A stretch of DNA of 64,000 bases from an uncultured Chloroflexia bacterium (lineage in GTDB: Bacteria; Chloroflexota; Limnocylindria; Limnocylindrales; CSP1-4). Positions 9,801 to 18,250 of the stretch are shown here, piece by piece; the stretch's first letter is position 1; every line of letters begins with the position of its first letter. The DNA lies in NCBI GenBank assembly GCA_963741085.1, contig CAVUGM010000004.1:141988-205987 (forward strand). The letters run 5' to 3'. Below the pieces are notes generated by a model, which was not told where the DNA came from, did no database searches, and was given only the letters and a program-made list of their open reading frames with translations. The position numbers were made by a program, and so were the translations under genes.

Positions 9801-10430
9801 CCGGACGCGGATGGCCGGTTCGCGCGCCTCGCGGCGCTCCTGGCGACCCAACCGGACACGCTAGCCTCGTCGGTGCTGCTGGCCCGTCGGTCGCTCGCGC
9901 TCCTGTCGCTCGGTCGAGCTCGCGAAGCCCTGGCTCACACGGAGGCGACCACCCTGGCGCTCTCTTCGACCGGCCTGTCGACGATGCTCCTCGAGAACTC
10001 GGTCCTGACGACCCGGGCGGCGCTCTGGGCGGCCGACCGCGGCCGCCTCGCAGGAGCGCTCGACGCGATCCGGGCGCGTGGACCCCGGGGCCGCTGGCTG
10101 ACCGCCGTGGCGACCACGCTCGCGGCCGGCCTCGACGCCCTCGACGGCAGGACCGCGGCGGCCCGCGACCGGTACGACCTCGCCGCCGCCCGCTGGCGGA
10201 CGCTGGATGTGCCGCTCCAGCTCGCCCTCTGTCAGGTCGAGGCCGCCCACTTCCTGCCGCCCGGAACTGTCGAGGCGGCGGCCGCGGCCGCCGAGGCCAG
10301 GACGATCCTCGCCGGTCTCGGCGCCGTGGCGTTCATCTCGAGGCTGGACGGGGATCTCGCCGAGCCGTTGTCGGCCGCGGCCACGGGCGGACCGCCGACG
10401 ACGGGCGACCCGCTTACCGGGTCTGCTTGA
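6822..10430 (+). CDS. Double zinc ribbon + class III nucleotide cyclase + STAND-type AAA ATPase + TPR protein
   Basis: Four CxxC pairs; LFVDLVSFT, EKFIGDAVM, GDVVNTASRLQ; Walker A GQAGLGKS, Walker B LVFDDLQWAD; helical repeats. Confidence 0.9.
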   Translation: MTTRCDACATENPATSRFCGSCGAALGQRCPVCSAPVIRGFRYCGSCGTELAAEPTRSTSGADGTGESFASRTGEPIAVVPSAERRRVSILFVDLVSFTARSEDRDPEEVQELLARYFESCRGIIARYGGTVEKFIGDAVMAMWGAPVAHEDDAERAVRAAVELVAAVAAVGEQVGLPRLAARAGVVSGEAAVTVGAVGQGMVAGDVVNTASRLQAAARAGTVLVDESTYRAVHGSVTFERAGERSLKGKRLPVPAWEAGKVVARRRGEGRSVLPEGPLVGRESLVAIVKSLLAAVRDERSPRLVSLFGQAGLGKSRIAWELEKYVDGVVEKIRWHRARSPAYGEGLAFWALAEMVRSRAEITEDDPPDVARRRLAACLATYVPDEGERRWIAPYLAGLIGAGPVPGGERAEAFAAWRTFFERVADTATTVLVFDDLQWADPGLLDFIEYLVDASTGRPILVVTLARPQLLDMRPTWGAGRRNFIALHLDPLPPPAMAQLLGDLAPGLPADVAERILERAEGIPLYAVEILRMLVDRGALEAVDGVYEVRSRLERLAIPESLHALVAARLDDLEPIDRALVRHAAVLGQAFLPAALAAIDGIEAGAVEPHLRRLVQRELLSLETDERSPSRDRYRFAEALVREVAYGTLSLRDRRERHLAAAAYFESVDDPDLAGAIASHVLSAYRSGPPARPDPGLATRAVTALRAAADRAAALHSPAQALEYLEGALSVTADDTERAQLWEQAAIAAQATARLKDAASYARQAVDWHAAHGDRSARARTTARLGSILALEYETEASIAVVRAALDELVGDGVLGDDPELVGLMANLARAYLLGGRFEDAVAWAERAIREAERLGLRTIVAEALATKGAARLEEGRNAEGIGLLRGSLAMSEEHGLVVPALRARNSIAVGLLTDDPRAAFAMSDAGLETARRLGLLDVAVRLASNWAGAGLDIGAWDQVLATISELDHDDLPVPDRIDLGSVVATILTWRGEPDADGRFARLAALLATQPDTLASSVLLARRSLALLSLGRAREALAHTEATTLALSSTGLSTMLLENSVLTTRAALWAADRGRLAGALDAIRARGPRGRWLTAVATTLAAGLDALDGRTAAARDRYDLAAARWRTLDVPLQLALCQVEAAHFLPPGTVEAAAAAAEARTILAGLGAVAFISRLDGDLAEPLSAAATGGPPTTGDPLTGSA

Positions 10431-10794
10431 CGAGCATGATCCCGACCGACGGGTTGTCGGGATTGAGGGTCACGATCGCGTTGAGGTGCCGGATCGACAG
10501 GGTCGCCTGATGGTTCACCACGATCGTGCTCACATGCCAGTCCCGGGTGATCTGCCCGAGCGCCTCGACGTCGCCCTTGGCGGGGTCGATGGCATCGTTC
10601 ATCAGGACCGTCAGCGGGTCATGGAGGAACGCCTCCGAGTCCGGCGAGCTGCTCTTGAAGCGCTTCCCGAGGACCCTGATCGGCATCCACGAGTCGTCCG
10701 TCGGGGCCACCTTGGCGAAATCCCGGAGCTCGACCCAGGGACTGCTGTCGTTGGGCTCACGGTCGCCGTAGGAGGTCGTGTCGTCACCGAGCAT
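10414..10794 (-). CDS. Hypothetical protein (126 aa)
   Basis: Strong RBS ggagaggagggg before ATG 10794; protein-like composition; no family recognised. Confidence 0.6.
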   Translation of the reverse strand: MLGDDTTSYGDREPNDSSPWVELRDFAKVAPTDDSWMPIRVLGKRFKSSSPDSEAFLHDPLTVLMNDAIDPAKGDVEALGQITRDWHVSTIVVNHQATLSIRHLNAIVTLNPDNPSVGIMLVKQTR

Positions 10795-11004
10795 CTCGAA
10801 CCCCTCCTCTCCACGCCGTGGGCGGGCAGCGCTCCATCGGCGAGCGGAGCGTACTCCCCCAGTGTCGCTTGTGATGTCGCGATCACGGGCCCGGCAGGCA
10901 CCATCGGACGCGCCATCGACGGGGCCACAGAGGGTGATCCCGGTCCGGGCAGCTCGCGGTAGCCGAGCTCGCTGACCCACGCTGCCATGTCGCGACTGGT
11001 GGGC

Positions 11005-11032
11005 TTGACGCCCGGTGGGTTATACGTATACT
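11005..11032 (+). promoter_or_regulatory. Sigma70-type promoter with overlapping perfect palindrome TATACGTATA
   Basis: TTGACG 11005-11010, 16-bp spacer, TATACT 11027-11032; palindrome at 11021-11030. Confidence 0.65.
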
Positions 11033-11069
11033 CATGCGTGTACAAACCTTGGGCGAAGGAGGCTAGGAT

Positions 11070-11594
11070 GTGGCCGTGCCGAACAAGACCATCTACGTGT
11101 CCGACGGGGACCTGCCGCTCTTCCAGCGCGCGCAGGAGCTGGCGGGCGACAACCTCTCCGCGGCCATCGCGAAGGCACTCAGACGCTGGGTCGACGCGAC
11201 CGAGAGCGTCAACGAGGGCTTCGACGACATCACCGTTCGCGTCGGGCTGGGCGGTGGGCGCAAGGTGCGCTTCACCGGTGTCCTCGTCGGCGAGTGGATG
11301 GACAGCAGGTCGAGCCGGGTGGAGCGGCTGCGGGTCTACCGAGGCCGGAGCGGCAAGTACGTTCTCCATGTCGAGCGCGAGTCCGAGTGGTGGATGCTCG
11401 ACGCCGAGGGGAAGCCTGCCGGGTGGCGCGGCTACCTGGGCATCGGGGACATCAAGTACGGCGGGACGCCGCGCGAGTCGACGCTCGAGGTCGTCGGGAC
11501 GCTGGACGAGCTCCGAGACAAGGTGCCGCCCGAGCTGTTCGAGATGGTCTCGCGCTCCGCGCGCCAGCCGACCGTGGAGGAGCTGGACATCTGA
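11070..11594 (+). CDS. EXLDI protein
   Basis: N-terminus PNKTIYVSD..LSAAIAKALRRWV, C-terminus VEELDI; directly upstream of an ABC exporter. Confidence 0.85.
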   Translation: MAVPNKTIYVSDGDLPLFQRAQELAGDNLSAAIAKALRRWVDATESVNEGFDDITVRVGLGGGRKVRFTGVLVGEWMDSRSSRVERLRVYRGRSGKYVLHVERESEWWMLDAEGKPAGWRGYLGIGDIKYGGTPRESTLEVVGTLDELRDKVPPELFEMVSRSARQPTVEELDI

Positions 11595-11633
11595 GGTGCT
11601 GCGCCCGGCGCCCTGCGTGACTGGAGCCGCAGG

Positions 11634-12653
11634 GTGACGGCGCAGCGGGCTGCCGTCACGGCGCCACCGGCTGCCGTCACCGCGCCACGGGTTGTCGTCA
11701 CTCCGCGACCCGCCGCGGCGATCCATGTGCGCGGCCTCCGCAAGTCGTACGGCTCGCAGGTCGTCCTCGACGGCATCGACCTCGACGTCCCCGAGGCAAC
11801 GGTTTTCGCGCTCCTTGGGCCGAACGGGGCCGGCAAGACCACGGCGATCCATATCCTCTCGACCCTGATCTCGGCCGACGCGGGCGAGATTCATGTCGCA
11901 GGCTTCGATGCGATCCGCGAGCCAGATGCCGTCAGGCGCCAGATCGGCCTGACGGGCCAGGTCTCGGCGGTGGACGGCCAGTTCACCGGCGAGGAGAACC
12001 TGCGGCTGATGGCCGACCTGCATCACCTCGGCCGCGAGCGGGGCCGGCGGCGCGTGGCGGAGCTGCTCGAGCGGTTCGACCTCGTGGAGGTGGCCGCCAA
12101 GCCTGCCATGACGTGGTCGGGCGGGATGCGGCGGCGCCTCGACCTCGCGATGACGCTCGTCGGGGAGCCACGGATCATCTTCCTCGACGAGCCCACGACG
12201 GGCCTCGACCCGCGAAGCCGGCGGGTGATGTGGGACATCGTCCGCGACCTCGTCGCCCGCGGCGTCACGATCCTCCTGACGACGCAGTACCTGGAGGAGG
12301 CAGACCGGCTCGCGACGAGGATCGCGCTGCTCGACGGCGGCCGCATCGTTGCCCAGGGCACCCCCGCCGAACTGAAGCGGCTCGTGCCCGGGAGCAGCAT
12401 CCGGCTCGTGTTCGCCGATGTGACGACCCTCGACCGTGCCGAGCGAGTGGTTGACGGCGCGTCGCGGGACGACCAGGGGCTCGCGCTCGAGCTGCCGAAC
12501 GACGGCGGCGTCGCGTCGCTGCGCGAACTGCTTGGACGACTGGAGGCTGCATCGATCGAGGTGGAAGGCCTTGCCATCCGGTCCGCTGACCTCGATGACG
12601 TCTTCCTCTCGTTCACCGGCCGGCACGACAGCCCGGAGGTGCCCACCTCATGA
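11634..12653 (+). CDS. DrrA-like ABC exporter ATP-binding subunit
   Basis: GPNGAGKT, WSGGMRRR, FLDEPTTGLDP. Confidence 0.92.
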   Translation: MTAQRAAVTAPPAAVTAPRVVVTPRPAAAIHVRGLRKSYGSQVVLDGIDLDVPEATVFALLGPNGAGKTTAIHILSTLISADAGEIHVAGFDAIREPDAVRRQIGLTGQVSAVDGQFTGEENLRLMADLHHLGRERGRRRVAELLERFDLVEVAAKPAMTWSGGMRRRLDLAMTLVGEPRIIFLDEPTTGLDPRSRRVMWDIVRDLVARGVTILLTTQYLEEADRLATRIALLDGGRIVAQGTPAELKRLVPGSSIRLVFADVTTLDRAERVVDGASRDDQGLALELPNDGGVASLRELLGRLEAASIEVEGLAIRSADLDDVFLSFTGRHDSPEVPTS

Positions 12654-13477
12654 TCACCCGTACCCTCACCGACTCGGTGACCATGCTCCGGCGCAGCCTG
12701 CGCCGGATGCGCCGCTACCCGTCCCTTACGCTGTTCATCGCTGGCATCCCCGTGGTGCTGCTGCTGATGTTCGTGTACGTGTTCGGCGGAACGCTCGGCG
12801 CGGGACTCGCCGGCCCGGGCGCCCTGCTTCCCGGCCCGCTGGCGGGGAGGTCGATCGGCCGCGACGCATACGTCGCCTACGTCGTGCCCGGGATCCTGCT
12901 CATCACCGTCGTCGGCGCGGCGCAGGGGACCGCGATCTCGGTGGCCATGGACATGACGACCGGGATCATCGCCCGCTTCAGGACGATGGCGATCGCGCGG
13001 ATCTCCGTCCTCGCCGGGCACGTCATCGGCAGCGTCATCCAGGCCCTCCTCGCCACGGCGCTCGTCCTGGCCGTCGCGGTCGTGATCGGCTTCCGGCCGA
13101 CGACGGGTCCCGCCGCGTGGCTGGCGGCGGGCGGGCTGATCGTGCTGGCGGCTGTTGCCATGGCCTGGCTCTCCGTGGCGCTCGGGCTCGTGTCGGACAG
13201 CGTGGAGACCGCCAGCAACCTGCCGATGTTCCTGATCCTCCTTCCGTTCCTCGGGTCCGGGTTCGTGCCGACCGCCTCGATGCCGGGTCCGCTGCAGTGG
13301 TTCGCGGAGCACCAGCCCTTCACGCCAGTCATCGAGACGCTGCGCGGCCTGCTCCTCGGCACCCCGATCGGCGACAACGGCTGGATCGCCGTGGCCTGGT
13401 GCCTGGTGCTCTCGCTCGCCGGGTACCTTTGGGCGCGGCGGCTCTACGAGCGGGTGCCGGCGCGCCCCGCCGCCTGA
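12650..13477 (+). CDS. ABC-2 type permease (DrrB-like)
   Basis: Six TM segments, GIIARFRTM, QPFTPVIETLRGLL; ATGA coupling to the ATPase. Confidence 0.9.
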   Translation: MITRTLTDSVTMLRRSLRRMRRYPSLTLFIAGIPVVLLLMFVYVFGGTLGAGLAGPGALLPGPLAGRSIGRDAYVAYVVPGILLITVVGAAQGTAISVAMDMTTGIIARFRTMAIARISVLAGHVIGSVIQALLATALVLAVAVVIGFRPTTGPAAWLAAGGLIVLAAVAMAWLSVALGLVSDSVETASNLPMFLILLPFLGSGFVPTASMPGPLQWFAEHQPFTPVIETLRGLLLGTPIGDNGWIAVAWCLVLSLAGYLWARRLYERVPARPAA

Positions 13478-14070
13478 TCCGCGTCGGAGCTCGATGCCGT
13501 CGGGCGATCATCTGCTCCGCCGGGGACCTGGTCAGCGGCGCGCCGCAGGAATGCCGCCGCCCGGTCAAGGACGTCCTCCAGCACGGGCGAAAGCCCGTGC
13601 CCGAGGCGCGGGTAGGTCACGAGCTCCGCGCGGGGCAGGCGATCCCTGACTGCGCGCTCCAGGAGAGCATGCGTGGCGAACGGGTCCGACGTGCCCGAAA
13701 GCAGGAGCACGGGGCACCTGATCCTGGGCCAGTGCGAGGTACGCAGCGCCCAGTCGTCCTGCCGCCCGGGGGCGTGGAGCGGGTACGAGAAGAGCACCAG
13801 CGCGAGCGGCTCACGCCCGGCGTCGCAGGCGTCCGCGGCGGCCAGGCTGGCGACCCGGCCGCCGAACGAGTGGCCGCCGACGGCGATCCGTTCGGGCCCG
13901 CCGAGCAGGGACGCGAACACCGGGATCGCCCGCTCGGCGCGACCGTGGGGCAGGTCGACGGCCCGGGCGTCGATCCCCCGCGCCCGGAGGCCGCCCACGT
14001 GGCGTGCCATCGTCGCCGCGCTGCCGGACGCGCCGTGGCCCAGGATGAGGACGGGGTCAGAAAGATGCAT
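13444..14070 (-). CDS. Alpha/beta hydrolase (KANL3/Tex30-like)
   Basis: LGHGAS, GHSFGGR, YPLHAPG, GTSDPFA, GHGL. Confidence 0.8.
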   Translation of the reverse strand: MHLSDPVLILGHGASGSAATMARHVGGLRARGIDARAVDLPHGRAERAIPVFASLLGGPERIAVGGHSFGGRVASLAAADACDAGREPLALVLFSYPLHAPGRQDDWALRTSHWPRIRCPVLLLSGTSDPFATHALLERAVRDRLPRAELVTYPRLGHGLSPVLEDVLDRAAAFLRRAADQVPGGADDRPTASSSDADQAAGRAGTRS

Positions 14071-14325
14071 GCAGTCACGATAGCGTCGCGAGGCCAGGTG
14101 GGAGCTCGGACGCCCTCTTGCGCCATGTCGCGCACATTGGAGAGGATGTCGATCCAGGAGCCGCGTGGACCCACGTTCCTGGGTGTCCGCGGGGCATCGT
14201 TGGACCGGCGTGGTAGGCTTGACAGTAGCCGCCCCGTGGGCGGTGCGTCGCGTGGTCGATCACCCTTCTCGAACTGACCCTGCGTCTCGCCCTCCCTTTG
14301 TTCGGGAAGAGTGTGGAGGTCCCTC

Positions 14326-14529
14326 GTGGCCACCGGCACCGTCAAGAAGGTCGTCGCCGAGCGCGGCTTCGGCTTCATCCTCGCCGAGGACGGCAAGGAG
14401 TATTTCTTCCATCGCAGCGGTCTCGACTCGTCGCTCGACTTCGACCGCCTCGCCGGCGGCGAGCGGATCGAGTTCGAGATCGAGCAGAGCCCGAAGGGGC
14501 CTCGCGCCGCGCACGTGCGCTCCGCTTAG
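14326..14529 (+). CDS. cspA: Cold-shock domain protein
   Basis: GTVKK, RGFGFI (RNP1), YFFHRS (RNP2), KGPRAAHV; RBS ggagg. Confidence 0.9.
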   Translation: MATGTVKKVVAERGFGFILAEDGKEYFFHRSGLDSSLDFDRLAGGERIEFEIEQSPKGPRAAHVRSA

Positions 14530-14649
14530 CCGGCATCGCGGCCCGCCCTACCCGGGCGGGCCGTACTCGCGCCTGGCACACGCCGGCCTTGTCGCCGTGC
14601 AGAGCCGCAGCGGTTCGCACCCCGGCCATCCCGGCGTTGCCGGCGCCCC

Positions 14650-15828
14650 GTGAGGAGCGACGTCATCGTCCGCACCGTCTTTGCGTCCACCTACCCGCCC
14701 CGCCACTGCGGCATCGCGACCTTCACCCAGGCGCTCTCGAGCGCGACGGGCGAGCGCGAGATCCTGGCCCTGGTCGGCCCCGGGGCGAACCTCCTGTACC
14801 CCTCCGAGGTCCACCACCGGATCCGGCGCGATGAGCCCGGCGACTACGCGCGGACGGCGCGCGACCTCGCCCGATGCGCCGATGTGGTCTCGGTCCAGCA
14901 CGAGTACGGAATCTGGGGTGGCGAGGACGGAGCAGCTGTCCTCGACTTCGTGCGAGCGCTGGACGCCCCGGCGGTCACGACGTTGCACACCGTGCTGCGC
15001 CACCCCACGCCGGACCAGCGGGCCATTCTCATGGAGCTCGTCCGGGCCTCCGCTGCCGTCGTCGTGATGTCGCGCGCCGCGGCGCGCGTCCTCACGGGCA
15101 CGTACGGGGTCGATGACCGCGAGACCGAGGTCATCCCGCACGGCGTGCCGAACCTGCCGCTCGTTCTCTCCGAGTCGGTCAAGCCCGCCCTCGACCTGGT
15201 CGGCCGCGAGGTGATCCTCAGCTTCGGCCTGATCGGTCCCGGAAAGGGCCTCGAACTCGTCATCGACGCCCTCCCGGCAATCGTCGCGGCGCGTCCGACC
15301 GCCTGCTACGTGGTGCTCGGCGCCACGCACCCGAATCTCCTGGCCGCCGAGGGCGAGGCCTACCGACACTCGCTCGAGGAGCGCGTCGCGCGGCTTGGGA
15401 TGCAGCGGCACGTCCGCTTCGTGGATCGCTTCGTGGGCCGGGTGGAGCTCACGCGCTGGCTCGAGGGCGCCGACGTCTTCGTGACGCCGTATCCGAACCT
15501 CGAGCAGATCGTCTCGGGGACCCTGTCGTATGCCATGGGTGCCGGGCGCGCGATCGTCTCCACCCCGTACGCCTACGCGACAGAGCTCCTCGACGGCGGG
15601 CGGGGCGTGCTCGTGCCACCCGGCTCCCCGGCGGCATGGGCCGACGCGCTCATCACCCTGCTCGAGAACGACGAGCTGCGGGCCGCGGTCGGGCGCCGCG
15701 CGCACGAGCACAGCCGGGCGATGGTCTGGTCGAACGTCGGAGCCCAGTACCGGGCGCTCTTCTCACGGGTCGTGGCCCGCGGCCGGATCCCGGCGATTTC
15801 GCTCCCCAGCATTGCCGCTCGTGGTTGA
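14650..15828 (+). CDS. GT4 family glycosyltransferase
   Basis: TYPPRHCGIATFT, QHEYGIWGG, SFGLIGPGKGLE, SGTLSYAMGAG. Confidence 0.9.
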   Translation: MRSDVIVRTVFASTYPPRHCGIATFTQALSSATGEREILALVGPGANLLYPSEVHHRIRRDEPGDYARTARDLARCADVVSVQHEYGIWGGEDGAAVLDFVRALDAPAVTTLHTVLRHPTPDQRAILMELVRASAAVVVMSRAAARVLTGTYGVDDRETEVIPHGVPNLPLVLSESVKPALDLVGREVILSFGLIGPGKGLELVIDALPAIVAARPTACYVVLGATHPNLLAAEGEAYRHSLEERVARLGMQRHVRFVDRFVGRVELTRWLEGADVFVTPYPNLEQIVSGTLSYAMGAGRAIVSTPYAYATELLDGGRGVLVPPGSPAAWADALITLLENDELRAAVGRRAHEHSRAMVWSNVGAQYRALFSRVVARGRIPAISLPSIAARG

Positions 15829-16912
15829 CGACGCCCCTCTCATGCCCGTCAACCGGGCCTACCTCGAAACGCTGTGCGACGCGACCGGGATCCTACAGCA
15901 CGCCGTGGGGGCGCGGCCCGACCCGGCGCACGGCTACTGCACCGACGACGTTGCCCGCGCCCTCCGGGTGGACCTGCTGCACCAGGGCGAGCTGGGCTGG
16001 GCGGCGGTCGAGGCGAGCGTAGGTCGCCATCTTGCGTTCCTCCAGGCCGCGTTCGTGCCGGGCCCGGGTCGCTTCCGCAACTTCCGGGCTGTCGGGGGCG
16101 CGTGGCTCGACGATGGCGGCTCGCAGGACTCCCAGGGCCGGGCCATCCAGGCGCTCGGTGAGACGATCCTGCTCGCTCCGGACGACGACATGGTCGCGAC
16201 GGCCCGGCTGCTGCTCGGTCACGCCCTGCCTATGGCGCGGCAGCTGACGGCCCTCCGTGCGCGCAGCTCGGCCTTGCTCGGCTGCGTCGCCGCGGTGCGC
16301 GGCGGCATGGATCGTGACGTCGAGTCGACCCTGCGGCTCCTCGCCGACCGGCTCGCCGCCGCGTTCGAGGCGTGCCCGGAGCCGGCCTGGCCCTGGCCTG
16401 AGCGGGTCCTGACCTACGAGAACGGGCTCCCGGTCCAGGCGCTGGTCGAGGCGGGAGCTCAGGTGCGATCGGACGAGATGCTGCGGATCGGCCTGCGCGT
16501 CCTCGACTGGCTGGTCGCCTGCCAGACCGCGCCCGAGGGTCACCTCGCGCCGATCGGGAACGGCTGGTGGCCGCGCGGCGGCACACGGTCCCGGTTCGAC
16601 CAGCAGCCGATCGAGGCATCCGCGCTCGCGCTCGCGGCGGCGAGCGCCTACGAGGCGGCCGGGCGTGACCGCGACCGGCGCGCCGTCGAGCAGGCGTACG
16701 CCTGGTTCCTTGGCGCGAACGATCTCGGGGTCGCGGTTGCGACAGCCGAGCGGGGCGCCTGCTTCGATGCCCTGACGCCAGCTGGTGTGAACGGCAACCA
16801 GGGCGCCGAGTCCACGCTGGCCTGGCTCAACGCGCTCGAACAGGTGCGCCTCGTGCGCTCTGCGCCCGCCCGCGACCTGGTCGCGACGGGCCACCCGCCC
16901 GTCGTCGAATGA
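15821..16912 (+). CDS. GT4-associated helical-barrel (six-hairpin glycosidase-like) protein
   Basis: GILQHA, HGYCTDDVARAL, FDQQPIEA, WFLGANDL, NQGAESTLAW. Confidence 0.7.
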   Translation: MVDDAPLMPVNRAYLETLCDATGILQHAVGARPDPAHGYCTDDVARALRVDLLHQGELGWAAVEASVGRHLAFLQAAFVPGPGRFRNFRAVGGAWLDDGGSQDSQGRAIQALGETILLAPDDDMVATARLLLGHALPMARQLTALRARSSALLGCVAAVRGGMDRDVESTLRLLADRLAAAFEACPEPAWPWPERVLTYENGLPVQALVEAGAQVRSDEMLRIGLRVLDWLVACQTAPEGHLAPIGNGWWPRGGTRSRFDQQPIEASALALAAASAYEAAGRDRDRRAVEQAYAWFLGANDLGVAVATAERGACFDALTPAGVNGNQGAESTLAWLNALEQVRLVRSAPARDLVATGHPPVVE

Positions 16913-17892
16913 CCCGCGCCGACGACGCCCAGGTGCTCAGGCGGTCCGACGCCAACCCGATCCTGACCTCGGCCGACGTTCCGTACCCGGCGAACTCCAT
17001 CTTCAACCCGGGTGCCGCACGCGTCGGCGACGAGACCGTCCTCCTCCTCCGCATCGAGGACCTCCGCGGCATCTCCCAGCTCCACGTGGCCCGCAGCACC
17101 GACGGGGAGTCCGACTGGCGCTTCGAGCCGGAGCCGCTGCTCCGCCCGGACGTCGATCACTACCCCGAAGAGATCTGGGGCTGCGAGGACCCGCGCCTGA
17201 CCTGGCTCCCCGAGCGCGAGGAGTGGGCGATCGCCTACACGGCCTACAGCCGCCGCGGCCCGCTCGTCTCGCTGGCGATGACCCACGACTTCCGCAGCGT
17301 CCGCAGGCTCGGTCCGGTCATGCCGCCGGAGGACAAGGATGCCGCCCTCTTCCCGCGCCGGTTCGACGGCCGTTGGGCGATGATCCACCGTCCCTCGCCG
17401 CTCCGCGGCCTCGCCAACATGTGGATCTCGTTCTCGCCGGATCTTCGCCACTGGGGCGACCACACGATGTTCCTCGAGGCCCGCGACGGAGCCTGGTGGG
17501 ATGCCGGCAAGATCGGCCTGGGGCCGCCGCCGCTCGAGACACCGGAAGGGTGGCTCCTGATGTACCACGGCGCCCACACCACCGCCGCCGGCCCGATCTA
17601 CCGCGCTGGACTGGCCCTCCTCGACCTCGACAACCCCCGGCTCGTGATCGGCCGGACCGACGAGTGGATCTTCGGTCCCTCCGCGCCCTATGAGATCGCC
17701 GGCGACGTGGGCAAGGTGGTCTTCCCGTGCGGGTGGACCCTCGACCCGGCCGGCGAGATTCTCAGCGTCTACTACGGTGCCGGCGACACGTCGGTCGGCC
17801 TGGCGACGGTGCGCCTCGCGGAACTCCTGGCGTGCGTGCGCGCCCAGCCCGCCGAACCGGGCGGATCCGGGGGCGTCGTCGCTGTACCCTGA
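16909..17892 (+). CDS. GH130 family glycosidase/phosphorylase
   Basis: NPIL, FNPGAA, GCEDPR, EDKDAALFP, YHG, VVFPCG, YYGAGDT. Confidence 0.9.
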   Translation: MTRADDAQVLRRSDANPILTSADVPYPANSIFNPGAARVGDETVLLLRIEDLRGISQLHVARSTDGESDWRFEPEPLLRPDVDHYPEEIWGCEDPRLTWLPEREEWAIAYTAYSRRGPLVSLAMTHDFRSVRRLGPVMPPEDKDAALFPRRFDGRWAMIHRPSPLRGLANMWISFSPDLRHWGDHTMFLEARDGAWWDAGKIGLGPPPLETPEGWLLMYHGAHTTAAGPIYRAGLALLDLDNPRLVIGRTDEWIFGPSAPYEIAGDVGKVVFPCGWTLDPAGEILSVYYGAGDTSVGLATVRLAELLACVRAQPAEPGGSGGVVAVP

Positions 17893-17899
17893 GGGCGAG

Positions 17900-18178
17900 A
17901 TGGCGACCTGGGACGCGCGCGACTGGCTGGCCGGCCTGATGGGCTGCGACCGGAGCGCGCTCGCGGTGCGCAGCACCGACCGCTACGGCGAGCACGAGAC
18001 CCAGGTGCGTTACGAGCGCGGCGGGGAGTCGGTGGCCCGTCTCATCGTCACCGGGCCGGTCCACGAGATGGGCGAGCGGGAGGGCCAGGGCCACTGGATC
18101 GTCTCCGCACAAGTGGGATGGGACGCCGCCGGCGCCCACACCATCCCGGTCCCGGAGACGGACGAGATCGTCTACTAG
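17900..18178 (+). CDS. Hypothetical protein (92 aa)
   Basis: ATG 7 nt after the GH130 stop, in ORF 17690..18178; no family recognised. Confidence 0.5.
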   Translation: MATWDARDWLAGLMGCDRSALAVRSTDRYGEHETQVRYERGGESVARLIVTGPVHEMGEREGQGHWIVSAQVGWDAAGAHTIPVPETDEIVY

Positions 18179-18250
18179 GCAGGTCTTGCGGCCCGACCTG
18201 GCGCCGCCTGGCGGCGCACCCGGCGCAGGGTCGATGGCTCGGTCGTTAGG

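Noticed and set aside
6623-14070. Genomic island integrated at tRNA-Lys
   Set aside because: No integrase, no duplicated tRNA 3' end found, no evident composition shift
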